64,000 bases of DNA from positions 1,240,001-1,304,000 of the forward strand of contig AP026131.1 of assembly GCA_030295235.1 (NCBI GenBank), given 5' to 3'. The DNA is from Fistulifera solaris (lineage: Eukaryota). Position 1 is the first letter of the stretch. Each line of letters begins with the position of its first letter. The notes below the pieces were generated by a model. It worked only from the letters and a program-made list of their open reading frames with translations. It made no database searches and was not told where the DNA came from. Below, one piece after another: positions 25,194 through 39,468 of the stretch. Made by a program: the position numbers and the translations under genes.

Positions 25194-27262
25194 ATGAATG
25201 CTGATTTGCAAAAGAACGCGCGCAAGCGACATTTTCGGTCGAAGCCATGACGCATTTCCTTGATGGCGGTGCTTCGAAGACGGCGCGTCGTCGAGCCCTC
25301 GAAGCCCTGATTGCGGCGGACCCCATTTTTAACAATGACGACAATCCCTATATGCATCGAACCGAACGACACGTCCGTGCCGTACAGAAATTTGTGCATT
25401 TGATACGATTGTGTCGGGCATGGGGCATTCACGGAAAAGACGGGGAAATTGTGTTGGATGACGATTTTCCGACACTACTCGCGGCCGTCGCGGATGATTT
25501 TCCCACCTCGTTGCATTGGGTCATGTTTGTTCCCAATTTGATGAGTTTATGTGATGAAGAACAACAACAAGAATGGTTACCACTGTGTCGCGATTGGAAG
25601 ATGATTGGTTGTTATGCCCAAACGGAACTCGGGCACGGCAGTAACGTGCGGGCATTAGAAACGACCGCGACCTTTCAATCCGAGTCCGAAGGAGGCATGC
25701 CCGGAGGAAGTTGGATCATTCATTCTCCCACCATAACCAGTGCCAAATTTTGGCCCGGAACCTTGGGACGGACCGCCAATCACGCCATGGTGATTGCGCG
25801 ACTCGTCGATGGACAAGGCATCGATCGGGGCATTCATAATTTCTTGGTGCCGTTGCGATCCATGGAAGATCATTCTCTGTTGAAGGGAGTCGAAACCGGA
25901 GATATTGGTCCCAAAATTGGATACAATACCATGGACAATGGTTATTGTCGGTTTGATCACGTGCAAATACCACGTCGCAACATGGCGATGCGCTTTGCGT
26001 CCGTCGATGAAACGGGTCATTACACGAAGAAACAAGTTTCGGAAGCCACGTCCAAAATTGCGTACATTACCATGATGCAAGTCCGAGCTTACATTGTCAA
26101 TGAAGCCGGCAAACATTTGGCGCAAGCCTGTACGATTGCCACACGGTATTCTGCCGTCCGTCGACAAGGTTACTCTTCGGCAGGCGAGGAACTCCCCATT
26201 TTGGAATACAAACAACAGCAGTATCGTCTCTTTTCCATGATTGCGTGCTCGTACGGTTTCTTCTTTACCGGGAAACAATTGTTGCACCACCTACAAGACA
26301 TTCAACAAAAGCTGGTTCATCATCAGTCCGTGACCAAACAAATCGTGGCGGATTTGCACGCGTCCTCGTCGGCCCTCAAATCCTTCACTACCATGATTGC
26401 CGCGAATGGCATGGAAGATTTGCGCAAAGCGTGTGGTGGACACGGATTTCTACAATCGTCAGGATTGCCGGAATTGGTGACGACTTATTTGCAGAATCCG
26501 ACCGTCGAAGGAGACAATCACATGTTGCCGCAACAAGTGTTGAAAGTTTTGTTGAAAGTCGTCCAGGCCGTGTCGGAGGGAAATGTGGCGGCGTATGCGG
26601 CCTGCGATGCGTACGATTTGGTGCCGTCCTTGCAAGTGTTGTTGAGCGGCGAGAAGGAAACATGCCCGGCTTCTTGGCACGTCGACGATTTGGACGTGCA
26701 CTATCACGCCTTTCGTCATCGCGCGGCGGCATTGTTAATTCGGGTCGCTGGTCATTTGCAAGAACACTCGGATCAAATGGAACAGGCATGGAATGATGCA
26801 CTCTTGGACATGGCCAAGGCTTCGGCGGCGTACGCACAATTCTTGTTGTTGCGGAATTTCTTGCAAGGCATTGAGAGTAGTAGTTTAGGGCCGGCCGAAA
26901 CGGCCGTTTTGAAGGATTTGTCACGATTGTTTGCATTGTACTGGATGGAACAGAATATGGGGGATTGGTTGGAAGATGGCTATTTCACAGCCGAGCATGT
27001 GCAACAGATCCGGACCGGTGTCTTGCAGCTATTGGGCAAAATCCGTCCCAATGCGGTGGCCTTGGTGGATGCTCGTGATATTTCCGATTTCCGTCTCAAG
27101 AGTGCCTTGGGACGGTACGATGGGAATGTGTATCCGGCCATTATGGAAGCGGCACGTCGGGATCCGTTGAATCAACACGACATTGGACCCGGGTATGAGC
27201 ATTTGAAGAAATTGATTGTGGATGGTGTGGGAGCGTATCGTGGGCCTACTTCTCGGTTGTAG
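25194..27262 (+). CDS. ACOX: Peroxisomal acyl-CoA oxidase; likely frameshift in the first ~10 codons
   Basis: IGCYAQTELGHGSNVRALETTA, KFWPG, GDIGPKIGY, IATRYSAVRRQ, RKACGGHG, TVEGDN, SALGRYDGNVY; C-terminal PTS1 SRL. Confidence 0.96.
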
Positions 27263-27846
27263 TGTGTCGTTATAGAAGGAATTCATTGTTACAATCGTTG
27301 GTGGATAGTCAGTGTATTCTTGTTCCCTAGTGTACGTAGTTAAAGGTGAAACTCTCTTCGCTCCCCGTCTGGATCCCTCTTCCGTACCGGGTAGTCAATG
27401 GGATGCAAGAAACCGCGGTTATTTTCGACGCAGCTACAAGGCGTACTTAGCAAATTCTGCGAAAGATTCTGTCTTGACGCTAATAGATTTCGCTGAAATG
27501 TAGGCAAAATTCAACTCATGACTGAAATGCAGTCGTAGAAAAAGTAATCTACACTATACAAGGATAGTCATGTTTAGAATATATCGCGTTACAGTAGTTT
27601 ATTGAACCGTTAGAAAAGAAACGGCACCAGGTCATTTAATAATTATTACCGGTACGAGACTCTATTCCCGAACTTCCCTCCAAGAAAGCGGCGGACGATC
27701 TTTTTGCCGCCATGGCGCTCGTTACCGAACCAAAGACGCACCGCGCAAAACCATTTGCGAGAGTGCATTTTCTATCATGGATCATTGCTGCTTTCGTCGT
27801 TCCTAAACAGTAGATGATATTTATTCGTTCATAATAGAAAAAGAGA

Positions 27847-30800
27847 ATGGCATCGATTACGAAATTAGCGATCCGTGGCGTCCGTTCGTTTAGTCCGGAG
27901 GATGAAGAACAGGTACGAACGAATTGCATCCTTGTGCTGCAATTCATCCCTTTTCGATCGTTTTATCTCACCATCTACATTAACAGGTCCTAGAATTCTT
28001 CTTTCCCGTTACCATTATTGTCGGAGCCAATGGGTGCGGAAAGTAAGTTTTGTGAATGTTTTTTTTTCAACGTGTTCCATTTGTATGTTTCTCTCAAGTT
28101 TTCTCACATTCATCCGCTCTTCCCCTTAATAGAACCACCATTATTGAAAGTCTGAAGTACGCCATTACGGGCGGTATGCCCCCGGGTGCGAATTCGGGAC
28201 GTTCGTTCGTTCACGATCCGAAAAGCATCGGTCAACAGACCGTCAAAGCGAGTGTCAAACTGCGTTTCACGAGTAAAGTGCGTCTTGTTGATGTTGTCTG
28301 ACCTGCTGTTGATGCATTTTCTCTTACGCCCTTTTTGTATAGGCCGGCCAAAGCATGGTCGTCGTGCGCTCGATGGAATTGTCGCAAAAAAGACGACATC
28401 GACGTTCCGTCAACTCGATGGAGTTCTCCGGACGCAAGATCCGAACGGGGTCCGTCGGAACATTTCGCACAAATGCACCGAATTGGATCGACAAGTTCCG
28501 CAATTGATGGGTGTCTCGAAAGCTATATTGGATTATGTTCTCTTTTGTCATCAAGAAGATTCGTCCTGGCCGTTACAAGACAGTGCTGTTCTCAAAAAAC
28601 GGTTTGATGAAATTTTTGATTCGTCGCGGTATACCAAAGCCATTGAAGTGTTGCGCAAGAAAGAAAAGTCGTATATCAGTTTAGCTAAAGACATTAAAGT
28701 TGATTTGGCCGGTCTGCAAAGTCACAAACATGCGGCACAAGGATTTCGGAATGAATTGGAGACTTTGAACGAAAATTTGGAAGAATTGGAAGATACGAAA
28801 AAGGATGCTTTGCAGAAATTGGCCGCGACCGAAGACGAAATCGCGAATTACAAGGAAAAGATTGATGTTTACGAAAAGTTGGATAATGAAATTGATGTAC
28901 GAAAGAATGAATTGTATCAAACGAAACGAAATATTCAGACGCAACGAGACTTGTTGGATGAGGATATGACCGAGACGCATACGTTGGATGAATTGCAGAC
29001 CATGCTCCGTGAATTTGATGACAATACCTCTTCGGAACGAGACCAAATCGACACACTGACACGAAAAGTGCGCGTCATTGAATCAAAAATCAGTGATCTG
29101 GAACAAGAAGAAAATCAGTTGAAGGGCGATATGGCCCTGTGGGAGGCCGAAAAGAAAGCACACGACAAACGCTTGCGTTCCCGCAATGATCAAATGGAGT
29201 CTATTGTTCATTCTCATGCGGTGGAGTTGGATGTGACCCAAACGCAATTGGAGCAGTCCTTCGTGCAGTCTCTCGCCAACAATACGATGAGCCAACGAGG
29301 TCAACAACATCTCAGTCAGGAGAGTTACATATCGGTCACGGCGGATGAAATGGGAAGCTATTTCGAAGCGATGGAAAAGAAAAGAGCAAGAACTTTCGAA
29401 ATTGCTAGCCGACCACAAGCAAAAGATCAAGGCGGATGATAGCGAATTTTATGCCACGATTGGAGCACTAAACAGTAAAATGGATATCGTCAAGAATGGT
29501 GAGTGTGGTGGGAGCGTCTCTTCCGTAATTGCGCGTAGAAAATTAATTTTTTTTATTTTCGTTGCAGATTTGGCTCGACTTGAACAGCAGAAGAAAGAAT
29601 ACCAGGATGAGTTGAATGCGATTTCACAACGGTCGACGAGTACTGGTCGGTTGCGGAAAACCGATGTAAGTCATTACTGTGTGAAAAATATCACAGATGC
29701 ATGTTTCTCACTGATGAACTATTGCTCGAAAGGTGGATGAAGCTCGAAGAAAAGCAGTTGATGCAGGTACGTCCAAATTGTTTCGTCTCTTTGTCGTGTG
29801 CTTTCAATATCAAACCAATCGGTATAATCTGTTTTAGCCAAACAACTCCAGGATGCAAACCAGGAGGCGAAAGAAGCAGATATACCTGCCAAGATTAGTA
29901 ACGAGGAGCGGAAATCTAGTCTTTTGAAGCAGCAGATCGACGATGATCGCATGGTGCTCGAGACGCTTCGTTTCTCAGCCGAAGAGCAACAAAATATTTT
30001 GATCCTCAAAGACCAGACGACAAAGGAAAAAGAAGAGCTCGATGAATCTATTCGCGAAAATGTATCCCTGTTACAAAAATTCAATCTCTCTGCTCCCACC
30101 CTCCCTTCCATCGAAGGTAGCGATAATGGTGCTGAACTGCAGAAAGTTTTGGAAAAGCTCTCTGATTCAGTTCACGAAAAGTATGACGATATCCACTCAT
30201 CGCTGATGCAAGCGACAGAGGAAGTGCTTCGCTCCCAAAAAGTGGCGTCAGAGAAGAGCGCGCTATTGACTAACCATCAACAGTCCCTTGCTTCACTAAA
30301 GTTGAAAGCTGATGGACTGAGTGGGAAAGTCGAAAGGATGAAGTATGTGTTGGGGGAAATTCGCCAGCATGAAGCAAGCATCGGAGAGGATTTCCACGGA
30401 ACCGAGGAATCACCGCGTGATGTGCTCAACTATCTAGATAAAAGAATTGACGATCTGGATCAGGAAGTGTCCGCAGACGATCGAAAAGTAGTCAAAAGTG
30501 TGATAATGCGTTTGAAGAAAATGGTAAGGTTGACGAACTGGAGGGGAGTGAAAAGACCAAGCGTCTAACCAATTTTTCTTTGACAGGCTGTTCACCAGGG
30601 TGAACATGGCGGTTACGTCGTTTGCCCTTGTTGCCAGACACATCTTCCATCAGAGGATCAGATTAAGGTCTTTCAAGACACACTTCGTTCGTTTGCGAGC
30701 CAAGATTCTCCCCTCATAGCTGAGTCGAACGATAGAAATGTTGCATTGAAACCCGTGTACGAAGGATGGAAGAAGGTTGTTGTCTCGTGCATGGATGATG

Positions 30801-32822
30801 TGCGGGACTTTCACAGAATCGATCACGACATCCGTGACCTTGAAAAGACTGCACATGGTCTCTTGGACGATTGTAACAGATTGCGCGACACGTTGAAGAA
30901 GCAAGAGGGCTATAAACTGGATTTGGAAGCTGACGATAGGGACCTTCGCGAGCTGTTTGACATGGCAAAACGATGGTGCGACGACGGAACTAAAATTGCA
31001 GAGAAACGCATGAGTATCTTTCAGAAGCAGTTGGATCTCAATACGAGTTTACCAGAAACAGGCAGGGACCTAAAGACAGTGGAACGCGATATCGCGAAGA
31101 AGAGCGAGGAGAAAGAAGAAACTGCATCTAAAATTTCGAGTCTGTTGAAAACTCAGCAAGCCATGATGAACAAGATTTCGTCACTAAGTGGACTGGTATG
31201 TCTTTCTTGAGTTAAATTATACTCATGCTGCCGTCGTTTGGTTTATTCCTCATAATATTTTTCTTTCTCTAAAGGCACAACGAATGGAGCAGCTTGCTCG
31301 TGACAAAGAGGAAAAGTTCTCAGAAGAACGAAAGAACGCAGACCGCAAGGTGGAGCTCAGCGATCTCATACGCAACATTTTAGGAGAGGAGAGAAAGGTA
31401 CGAAAATGCAGTATTTACAATGCTGGCTATTCTGCAATCGCTTCTCACATCATTCTTTAATTTTTAGCTGCAAGAGCAATTAGCGCCGCTCAAAAGCAAA
31501 GTCTCTGCCAAAGAGTCGGAACAAGGCAAGATGCGAGCATCCGGTGAACAAGAAGAAGAACGCTTGATCGAGGCGCTTGGGCTATTCAAAGCAGATCTCG
31601 CTGAACTGAAGAAGACCCAAGAAGAAATCATCAAGTACGAACTTTCCAATCCCGAGGACCAGAAACAGGAGATTGAAGCCAAGATGAAGAGAGTAGCCGA
31701 TAATATTTCTGCAAAGAGAAAAGAAGCCAACGTTGTCATTGGCGATTTGAACAAACGCAAGAGCTCTCTTCAGGACCAAGATCGCAAGAAAAAGCAACTT
31801 GTTCATAATATCACAATCATCGAGTCGACGCGGAAAGTAGCCGATTTGGAAAGGGAGAAAAGAGAGCTCGAGCGTAAAACACAAGGATTGGAGAGCATTA
31901 GTTCTCTTTTCGAAAAGCTAAATGCGGCAGAGGCTAGAAAGGCGAAAGAGCAAGAGCTGAAATTTCGAACTGAAGGTCGATGGAGTGAACTAGTGGAGCA
32001 AATTCGTACGCTCAAAGTAAGTCTTACGCACGGTACACGTTCAAATGTTCTGGTAGCTCACCATTGGTTTTGCAGAGAAAGCTGGCTTCGCCGGAGTACA
32101 AAGATATTGACGAGAGGTGCCGCAAAACAACCATCGAGCACACGACGACTCTTCTCGCAGCAGAGGATCTGAAAAAGTACTACTCGGCAATCGACAAAGT
32201 AAGTGCACATGGTACTCGTTATCCTTTGACATGCTTCTTCTGACGAGCGTGGTTATAACAGGCACTTTTGATGTTCCACGGGCTCAAGATCGCTGAGATT
32301 AACAAAATCATTCGTGAATTGTGGATGCTTACTTACAAAGGAGAAGACATAACGAACATTGAAATTGTGAGCGGCCAAGAGACGGGTTTGAAAGCTGGAA
32401 AATCGTACAATTACCGTGTCGTGATGACCAAAGGTAGCTCCGAAATGGACATGCGGGGGCGTTGCAGTGCCGGGCAGCGCGTTTTGGCCAGCATTGTCAT
32501 TCGGCTGGCCTTGGCAGAGACGTTCGGAATTTGTGTGGGAAGTTTGGCTTTGGATGAGCCTACTGTGAACTTGGATTACAAGAACAAACAGGGCCTAGCG
32601 ATAGCGTTGGCTCAGATTGTGGCTTCGAGATCGCAGCAGCGCAACTTTCAGTTGGTCTTAATTACGCACGACGAAGATTTTGTCAGCATGATGAAAACGG
32701 AGTTGTCGTCTATGACAGGTTTCTCCATGCCCGAAAAGTACTTTCAAGTACGCCGTGAAAAGGCCATTGACGGCAAGTACTACTCCAAGATTGATGCTGT
32801 AGACTGGGATGATTTGGTCTAA
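27847..32822 (+). CDS. RAD50: DNA repair protein RAD50, multi-exon
   Basis: [15 protein letters not shown], Walker A GANGCGK|TT split by an intron, [13 protein letters not shown], coiled coil with zinc hook CPCC (~30622), [31 protein letters not shown]. Confidence 0.96.
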
Positions 32823-32891
32823 TATCATTTTATAGTAAATGCATTTTGTTGCCGACCAAAACCAAGGCGAAAAGCTTGCCTATTCATATTA

Positions 32892-33603
32892 TTAGGAGAA
32901 TATACTGAAAAACGTCTTTCTTTGTGTGAGATCTTTCTTCATGCAAATGATAACAGTATCGGATTGACGGAGCGTTCCATCGGATCCGGGCAACAATGTT
33001 TTGGCCTCTGCATCGCGCCATCGCGGCTTATAGCCTAGCTTTTGATACAATCGAACCGCCGCTGGATTGCGTTCTTCCACATACAGATAGCATTCTTCAA
33101 AATCATTGTCTCTAGTGAAATCTTCAATGGCTGCCACCATTTGTTCCGCAATCCCTCGTTTTCGAAAGGACCGTCGGACGACCAAATTGCTCATGAGGGG
33201 GAGCCCGGCAGGCGATTTTCCCCCGCAACGAGTCTTCCGGTATCTTTTCGACTTCAACTCCCACACACGCGACAATGGTGTCTCCGGAATATCCCACCAA
33301 TAACGCCGAATTCGGATTGCGATTGCAATAGCGACTGTTGAATTCGGCGGTTTGGGATTGCAGCAATTGTTTTCGTTGACGTTGCGTTAGTTCCCGAGTC
33401 CCTCCACCAACTTTGTTCGTCCAGAACTCATCGACAAAGAATTGACTGATATCATCGAGTTGTTGTCGTGTGAGTGCCACAATTTCGAGATTGCGGAGGG
33501 GAAAGAGCAGTGCGCCGATGCCATGAATGGGTGCCGTAAACCAAGCGTGTGACGATGCAATGAGCCACAGGAAAGTAATGAGGCGACAAGTTCGATCGAT
33601 CAT
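32892..33603 (-). CDS. GNAT acetyltransferase with a probable plastid leader, one frameshift
   Basis: Signal plus SHA-W; PLMSNLVVRRSFRKRGIA (acetyl-CoA motif), YLYVEERNPAAVRLYQKLGY. Confidence 0.85.
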
Positions 33604-33932
33604 GAGCTTCTTTACTAGTTAAAGTAGAAAGTAAAGGTAGCGTGTGTTTTTTTAAGCCAGAAAACGTTCAGATCCGATGATGATAAGCGGCTGTCATCAA
33701 AAGTTAACTCACTTTTGTGTTTATTTACAATCAATTTGCAACAATTTTCAAGATCGAGTCACGAGTAAATGCTGGGATGCTCGCACCCGCACCGGTACTG
33801 CCACTGAGTCACTCCTTTTCGCATGCCGATGACGACGATGACAGACGACCAAATTGAGAACGCTAAAACCACAAACACATCATTCATTGTCGTCATTATT
33901 ATTTACTTTGGTGTTGGCTTTCCGTTTCGACC

Positions 33933-35416
33933 ATGAAAACCTTACTTTTCTGGGTCTTTTCTTTGGCTACTGGTGTGTATGGCTTCCGTTGCACCCCCAC
34001 CGAAACTCGTCCGAAGTGTCGTCTGTCGCTGTTTCGAAAGGAGGAGGCGATGACGGATCGGCGCAAGCTCCTTCAATCTACAGCGGCGGGTCTCCTTGCG
34101 GCCACGACGTATCCTGCTTCTTCCCATGCCGCGACTACCGACTTTTTGGTGCCCACACCGAAATTCGATCCAGACATGAATTGGCCTCTCGGAAAAGTGG
34201 CCTTTTCGTTGTTGCCCTTGCAGGGTGGTGCGCAACGCGCGACGGTCGAAACTTGCATCGTGCCCGGACAAATCTGGACGTACGATCAAATTCAAGGCAT
34301 TGTCAATGTCAATGTCCCGGTCCGACAAACGGTGATTGCTCTGCAAGGGGGTGGTTTGTGGGTGCACAATCCGGTCGCCCCGACACCGCAATTGCGGCAC
34401 ATGATGGAACAGTTAATTCAACAATACGGTCCCATTAAACACATTGTATTGGGTTCGGTGGCCGTCGAACACAAGGCGACGTTTGGAGCCTTCGCGTCGT
34501 ATTATCCGGGCGCGACGGTTTGGTTGCAACCGGGGCAATGGAGTTTCCCCGTCTCCTTGCCGATTAAATTTTTGGGAGTCCGACAACGGGGTCAACGATT
34601 GCGAGAACTACCTGTGGCCGGTCGTGGGTGACTTCGACCGCGTATGCGGCCCAAGCACAACGGAATCCGGTCCCCGAATGGAGTAGCGAAATTGAAATGG
34701 AAACATTGGGTCCATTGACCTTTCGATCGGTGGGAGCCTTTTCCGAAACGGTCTTTTATCACAAAGCCACGAAAACGTTGTTGGTGACCGATTTGGTTGG
34801 TCGTGTGTCGGATGAACCACCGGCGATTTTGCAACAGGATCCACGGGCTCTGTTGTATCATGCACGAAACAAAGCGACCGACGCGGTCGAAGATACCGCG
34901 GCGCGTCGCAAAGGATGGCGACGCATGGCATTGTTTGGACTCGTCTTTTTTCCCTCCCAAATTACCGTCTCCAGTGTGTCACAGGCATTCGCGGAAGCGA
35001 AACAAGTTCCGGCATCATTGCGCAATTTGGGAAGTGGTGCGGTTCCGTTCCAACTCTATCCATGGTCCTGGCCGGAGAATGACGTCGATCTCCAAAACTT
35101 CAATGCGTTCAAAAACAAATTGTTCTGTCCGCCCATTTTGACACAACTGATTCTGAACCGCGAAGTCGATCGAACCTTGACTTTTGTGGACCGAGTCGCG
35201 ACACGTTTTTCGGGCATGAAACGCATCATTCCGGGACATTTGGACAACAATATACCCGCCACCGCGAACGATTTTTCCAAAGCTTTTGGATCGCTGCGAA
35301 AATGCGACGCGCCACCCGGTCCTCTCAAGAATGATTTGAATTTGCTGCAATCCGTGAGCAAGGAGTTCACCAAACTTGGAATAGTGGCACCGGATGGGGT
35401 TTGTCGGGACGTATGA
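33933..35416 (+). CDS. DUF4336-like protein with a plastid leader and twin-Arg segment; frameshift near 34625
   Basis: VNVPVRQTVI, GGLWVHNPVAPT, EHKATFG, AFSETVFYHKATKTLLVTD, RIIPGHLD; leader VYG-F...TDRRKLLQSTAAG. Confidence 0.75.
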
Positions 35417-36247
35417 TGGATAGAACATGGAATCGTCGGATTCATTTGCTTGTCCTCCTCTCGGCTACATGAGGAGTCGTCTTTCGATCTGCTGGATGAT
35501 CGGTGGAGCTCACCGCAATGATTCCGATGCAACCTTCGATTCCTTATCACAACACAGCTATTTCACGCTGATAAGCACCAATTCAACACAAATGACCTTG
35601 ATGAATATTTCGCGAAGCAGGATATCTGGATGAATGTGCAGCTTGATAAGCGTGGTTTTTTTTTCTCAAGCAGCGAGGAGCGTTTCGGAACATGGCTGCT
35701 ATCGGCAGCGTTATTATGCTCGGTACCTTGCAATCATGGAAGCGTCGATGATCTTCAGATGGTTCATAAGCTTTAAAGTGAAACAGGAAGTATCTCCTCC
35801 CTTATTGCCATTTGGGATGATCGGAAACGGTTATATTGTTACGGTTTCGGATTTCTAGTCATTTACGAAGATTATGAAGCGATTCATTCATGTATTGCGG
35901 TTTTCCAAAATCGTTTGTTGACAAATATTGCGGTGCGCTTTTCTTGTCGAACTGTAGTAATATACGGAGTAATATAAAATAAAATACCTGAACCGTAGCA
36001 ACGACTCACGACGATTCATGACTACTCGATTAATGGTAAAGTTTACTCCGAATTAAGGTTCCATGCAAACACGACCCAAAGGAAGCGTGACTGACTCCTG
36101 CTATTTGATCCAACTTGAAGTTTGGCATGTACCGTTGCTGAATGTAGAGTGTGAATGTTATTGTTACTGTTTACTTCGTAACGTCTCTCACAAGGCCTGG
36201 AACTCACTATTCATTACTCCAAATTGTTGTTATTATATAGAAACAAA

Positions 36248-37477
36248 ATGAGACTTTCGTTGAGCCTTCTCTGCTGGGCCACCGCCGCCAGCACTACACA
36301 CGCCTGGATGTCGTCGTCGTCTTCCGTAACTTCGACGACCCGTCTCTTCGGCAGCGCCGCCACGGAAGAACCGGCGACGGTCCGCGGCAAAGTCGTGGAG
36401 CACGAGCACTGCCGCGCCCTGGGCGATCGTGATATTTTGGTCCGAGCCGCCCGGGGCGAACTCGTTGAACGAACACCAGTATGGATGATGCGACAAGCGG
36501 GTCGGTACATGGCAGCCTTTCGCGAATATTCTGACAAGATTCCCTTTCGAGAACGCAGTGAAACACCCGATTATGCCGTCGAATTGTCGTTACAGTGTCA
36601 TCGTGCGTACGGGATGGATGGTATTATCATGTTTAGTGATATTTTGACCCCATTGCCGACTATGGGAATCTCGTTTGATGTTGTCAAAGGCACCGGCCCC
36701 GTCATTACTACCAAAATTCGGACCGAAGACGATGTTCGTCAACTTCCTTCGTACACGTTTGACGAAAAACTTCCCTTCATTCGAGAAATTCTCCAGCGTT
36801 TGTCGGTCGAAGCCGAACAAGCCAATACGTCACTGATTGGCTTTGTTGGGGCACCCTTTACGTTAGCGGCGTATACGGTGGAAGGAAAATCGTCCAAGGA
36901 CTGTTTGACCACTAAAAAGTTACTCATGGCCGATGCGGCCGACGAAAACAAATGCATGAGTCTGTTTTTGGACAAATTGGCCAATAAGATTGGTGACTAC
37001 GCGTGTCACCAAATTGAGTGCGGTGCCCAAGTCATTCAAGTCTTTGAATCGTGGGCTCACCAATTGTCGCCACAATTGTTTGCGCAGTATGCCAAACCAG
37101 CGGCCCAACAAGCCATTCGGATCATCAAGGAGCGTCATCCGGACGTTCCCGTCATTTATTTTGCCAACGGTGGTTCATCGTATTTGGAATTGCAGCGCGA
37201 TATGGGGGCCGATATGATTGCCGTCGATTGGGCCGTGGATATGGCGACGGCGCGACACATTCTGGGTCCGGACGTTCCGATTTCGGGCAATTTGGATCCT
37301 TCCATTTTGTTTGGTACGAAAGAACAGATTGAACAAGCGGCCCGCGATTGTATTGACAAAGCGGGAGGACGAGGAAAGCATTTGTTGAATTTAGGTCATG
37401 GCGTCATGCAGGGAACTCCCGAAGAAGCGGTCAAATGGCTCGTAGATGAAGTCAAACGATACAAGGGTAAAGAATAA
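36248..37477 (+). CDS. hemE: Plastid uroporphyrinogen decarboxylase
   Basis: ERTPVWMMRQAGRY, MFSDILTPL, IGFVGAPFTLAAY, GNLDP, LLNLGHG; signal plus THA-W leader. Confidence 0.97.
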   Translation: MRLSLSLLCWATAASTTHAWMSSSSSVTSTTRLFGSAATEEPATVRGKVVEHEHCRALGDRDILVRAARGELVERTPVWMMRQAGRYMAAFREYSDKIPFRERSETPDYAVELSLQCHRAYGMDGIIMFSDILTPLPTMGISFDVVKGTGPVITTKIRTEDDVRQLPSYTFDEKLPFIREILQRLSVEAEQANTSLIGFVGAPFTLAAYTVEGKSSKDCLTTKKLLMADAADENKCMSLFLDKLANKIGDYACHQIECGAQVIQVFESWAHQLSPQLFAQYAKPAAQQAIRIIKERHPDVPVIYFANGGSSYLELQRDMGADMIAVDWAVDMATARHILGPDVPISGNLDPSILFGTKEQIEQAARDCIDKAGGRGKHLLNLGHGVMQGTPEEAVKWLVDEVKRYKGKE

Positions 37478-37831
37478 TACTTTCTTATGGCTTTGTTCTA
37501 CGTTTGTCTATCGGTGATGGCATTTGTGTCATTCTGTCCTTATGTAAGACGTTTGGCCTGGTCGGACAGGCATGAGGCATAATCAAATGCAAACAGCAAA
37601 AGTATTGGTAGACCTAGTTGGATAGCAGTACTCGAAAGTCGTCGCTGCGATCGACGTACAGGACAGTCGTCCCAATTTGAGACACGAGGGTGAGAAGATC
37701 AAGAATTCTTTTTGCGTGCAACACGCTCGAAATCGAAACTGATGTCATTGTTGCCACATAGTCAAGACAAAAATAATTCATTATAGTACTTAAAAGCAAA
37801 AAAATAGGGAACGGCGGTGTCGTTCATCGAG

Positions 37832-38604
37832 TTATGCAAAGGAAGCCGTGTCGGAAAGTCGCTTATTTTCGAGGTATTGCCCCATCAATGCACTCCCTGT
37901 GTTGAGTGTTTTTTCTAAATCGTTCTCTCGAATATTTTGTCGCTTGGATTGTTTTTGTAAATAATATTGAATCGCATCCTTGTGTTGCTCAAATTTCTTG
38001 GCTCCTCCCGTAATTTCTTTCTTCAAAACACCATTGATATAGAAGCGTGTCGTGGGTAACTTCTCAATGCCTTGGGCTTGACACAACGCTTCGTTGGCAC
38101 CCCATTCCACGGACGCAAAACGAATGTCGCCTGGGTGCAAGATTTCGCCGGTCACGGTGTTGACGACATCAGCGTGCTCGGATTTGATCTTGTCGAGACG
38201 GAGATTGAACCGGGCACACGCCTTGCACCTATTATACCGACAAGTCAGAACCAGAAGTGAATGACTCAATTCAGTAGCGCAATCAGTACTTACCAGGATG
38301 CATGATACTTGACAATGGTCAATCGATCATCCTCGGATTGAAGGAATTCCTCTAATTCTAGAGCAGATGTGATTACGCTTTCGTGCGGTGCTGTTTTGAC
38401 GGGGGGACGTATTGTTGTGGGCGGTGTCGATTGCATGGGTGGTGAGTACCATTCATTTGCTTCGTCTTCGGTATCAAATAAAGGAGTCTTTGGATGTGTT
38501 CGAGCGACACCAAATACGGCACGAGGCGATGTGGCCACGAAGGCCGTCGTGGGTGTCACGCCGATTGACACCATGAGAAGCAGTGTGGTTCTTGTCAAAT
38601 ACAT
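37832..38604 (-). CDS. Plastid thioredoxin-like protein (WCKAC); intron 38229-38293
   Basis: Signal plus TTA-F leader; splicing gives VKYHASW-CKACARF; IEKLPT cis-Pro motif. Confidence 0.85.
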
Positions 38605-39468
38605 ATTATTCGAATGTTGTCGCTTGATGGCGGAGATATAGTCGAGCTTGAGTCGATTATTTGTGCTAATGAATGAAATGAAATCGAAGAGAATAATCAA
38701 CAATCAGGATTAGAAAAAAAAAATGAAAAAGGTTCTGTTTTTGTCATCGAATTCGGTCAGAGCAAGGTTTTGTGAGAATTTTTGGAAATGATATGGGGAA
38801 GGAGAAAAGGGCAGAAGAAGATCATCGAACAATTCAGTTTCCGTTGACAATGACTTCATTACTCTTTAATCCATATCTGAATCTGCGGAAACATCCCATT
38901 TGGTTTCTGTCTGATGTAGACTGTAAACCGCCACGTGTTGCCTTGATGTCAACTACACTATATACAACAGTCGATTGACTTTCCTGTTGATTGTACTCTC
39001 CAGTCGTGTCACACTTACGGAATCTTCGCACTAGGAATTCTTTTTTTCCTCTTTTTTCTCAACCAAAATTCCTACGTCAGCGCCATTCCGTTCCGATGCT
39101 ACTTCATGGAGCTATAGAGATACTGACGTGGCATGCAAGGGAGGTACTTTACCAAAAACGTTCAACATCGCCGATCTTCCTTCCGTTTCCCTCGGATTCC
39201 ATTGGTGTCGTACAGTACCATTCCTACCTGGTCATGACGTCATTCATCGGAACGGAATAGCCGTTGCGACTGACCGTTTTTAAGTCGTGTGTCGTGTATG
39301 GAAGAGACCCGCGAGCGGAGTTTTTTTTTTGGCGCTGATGCGAAAAAAGAACACGGACGATGTTTTGCCGTGTGTATCGTGAAGACCATGGCTCGCGACC
39401 GCAGTGACATGATTCAATTCATTCGAACGTAAAATTCGACAGATATCTTTTATTTTGAATTATAGAAA

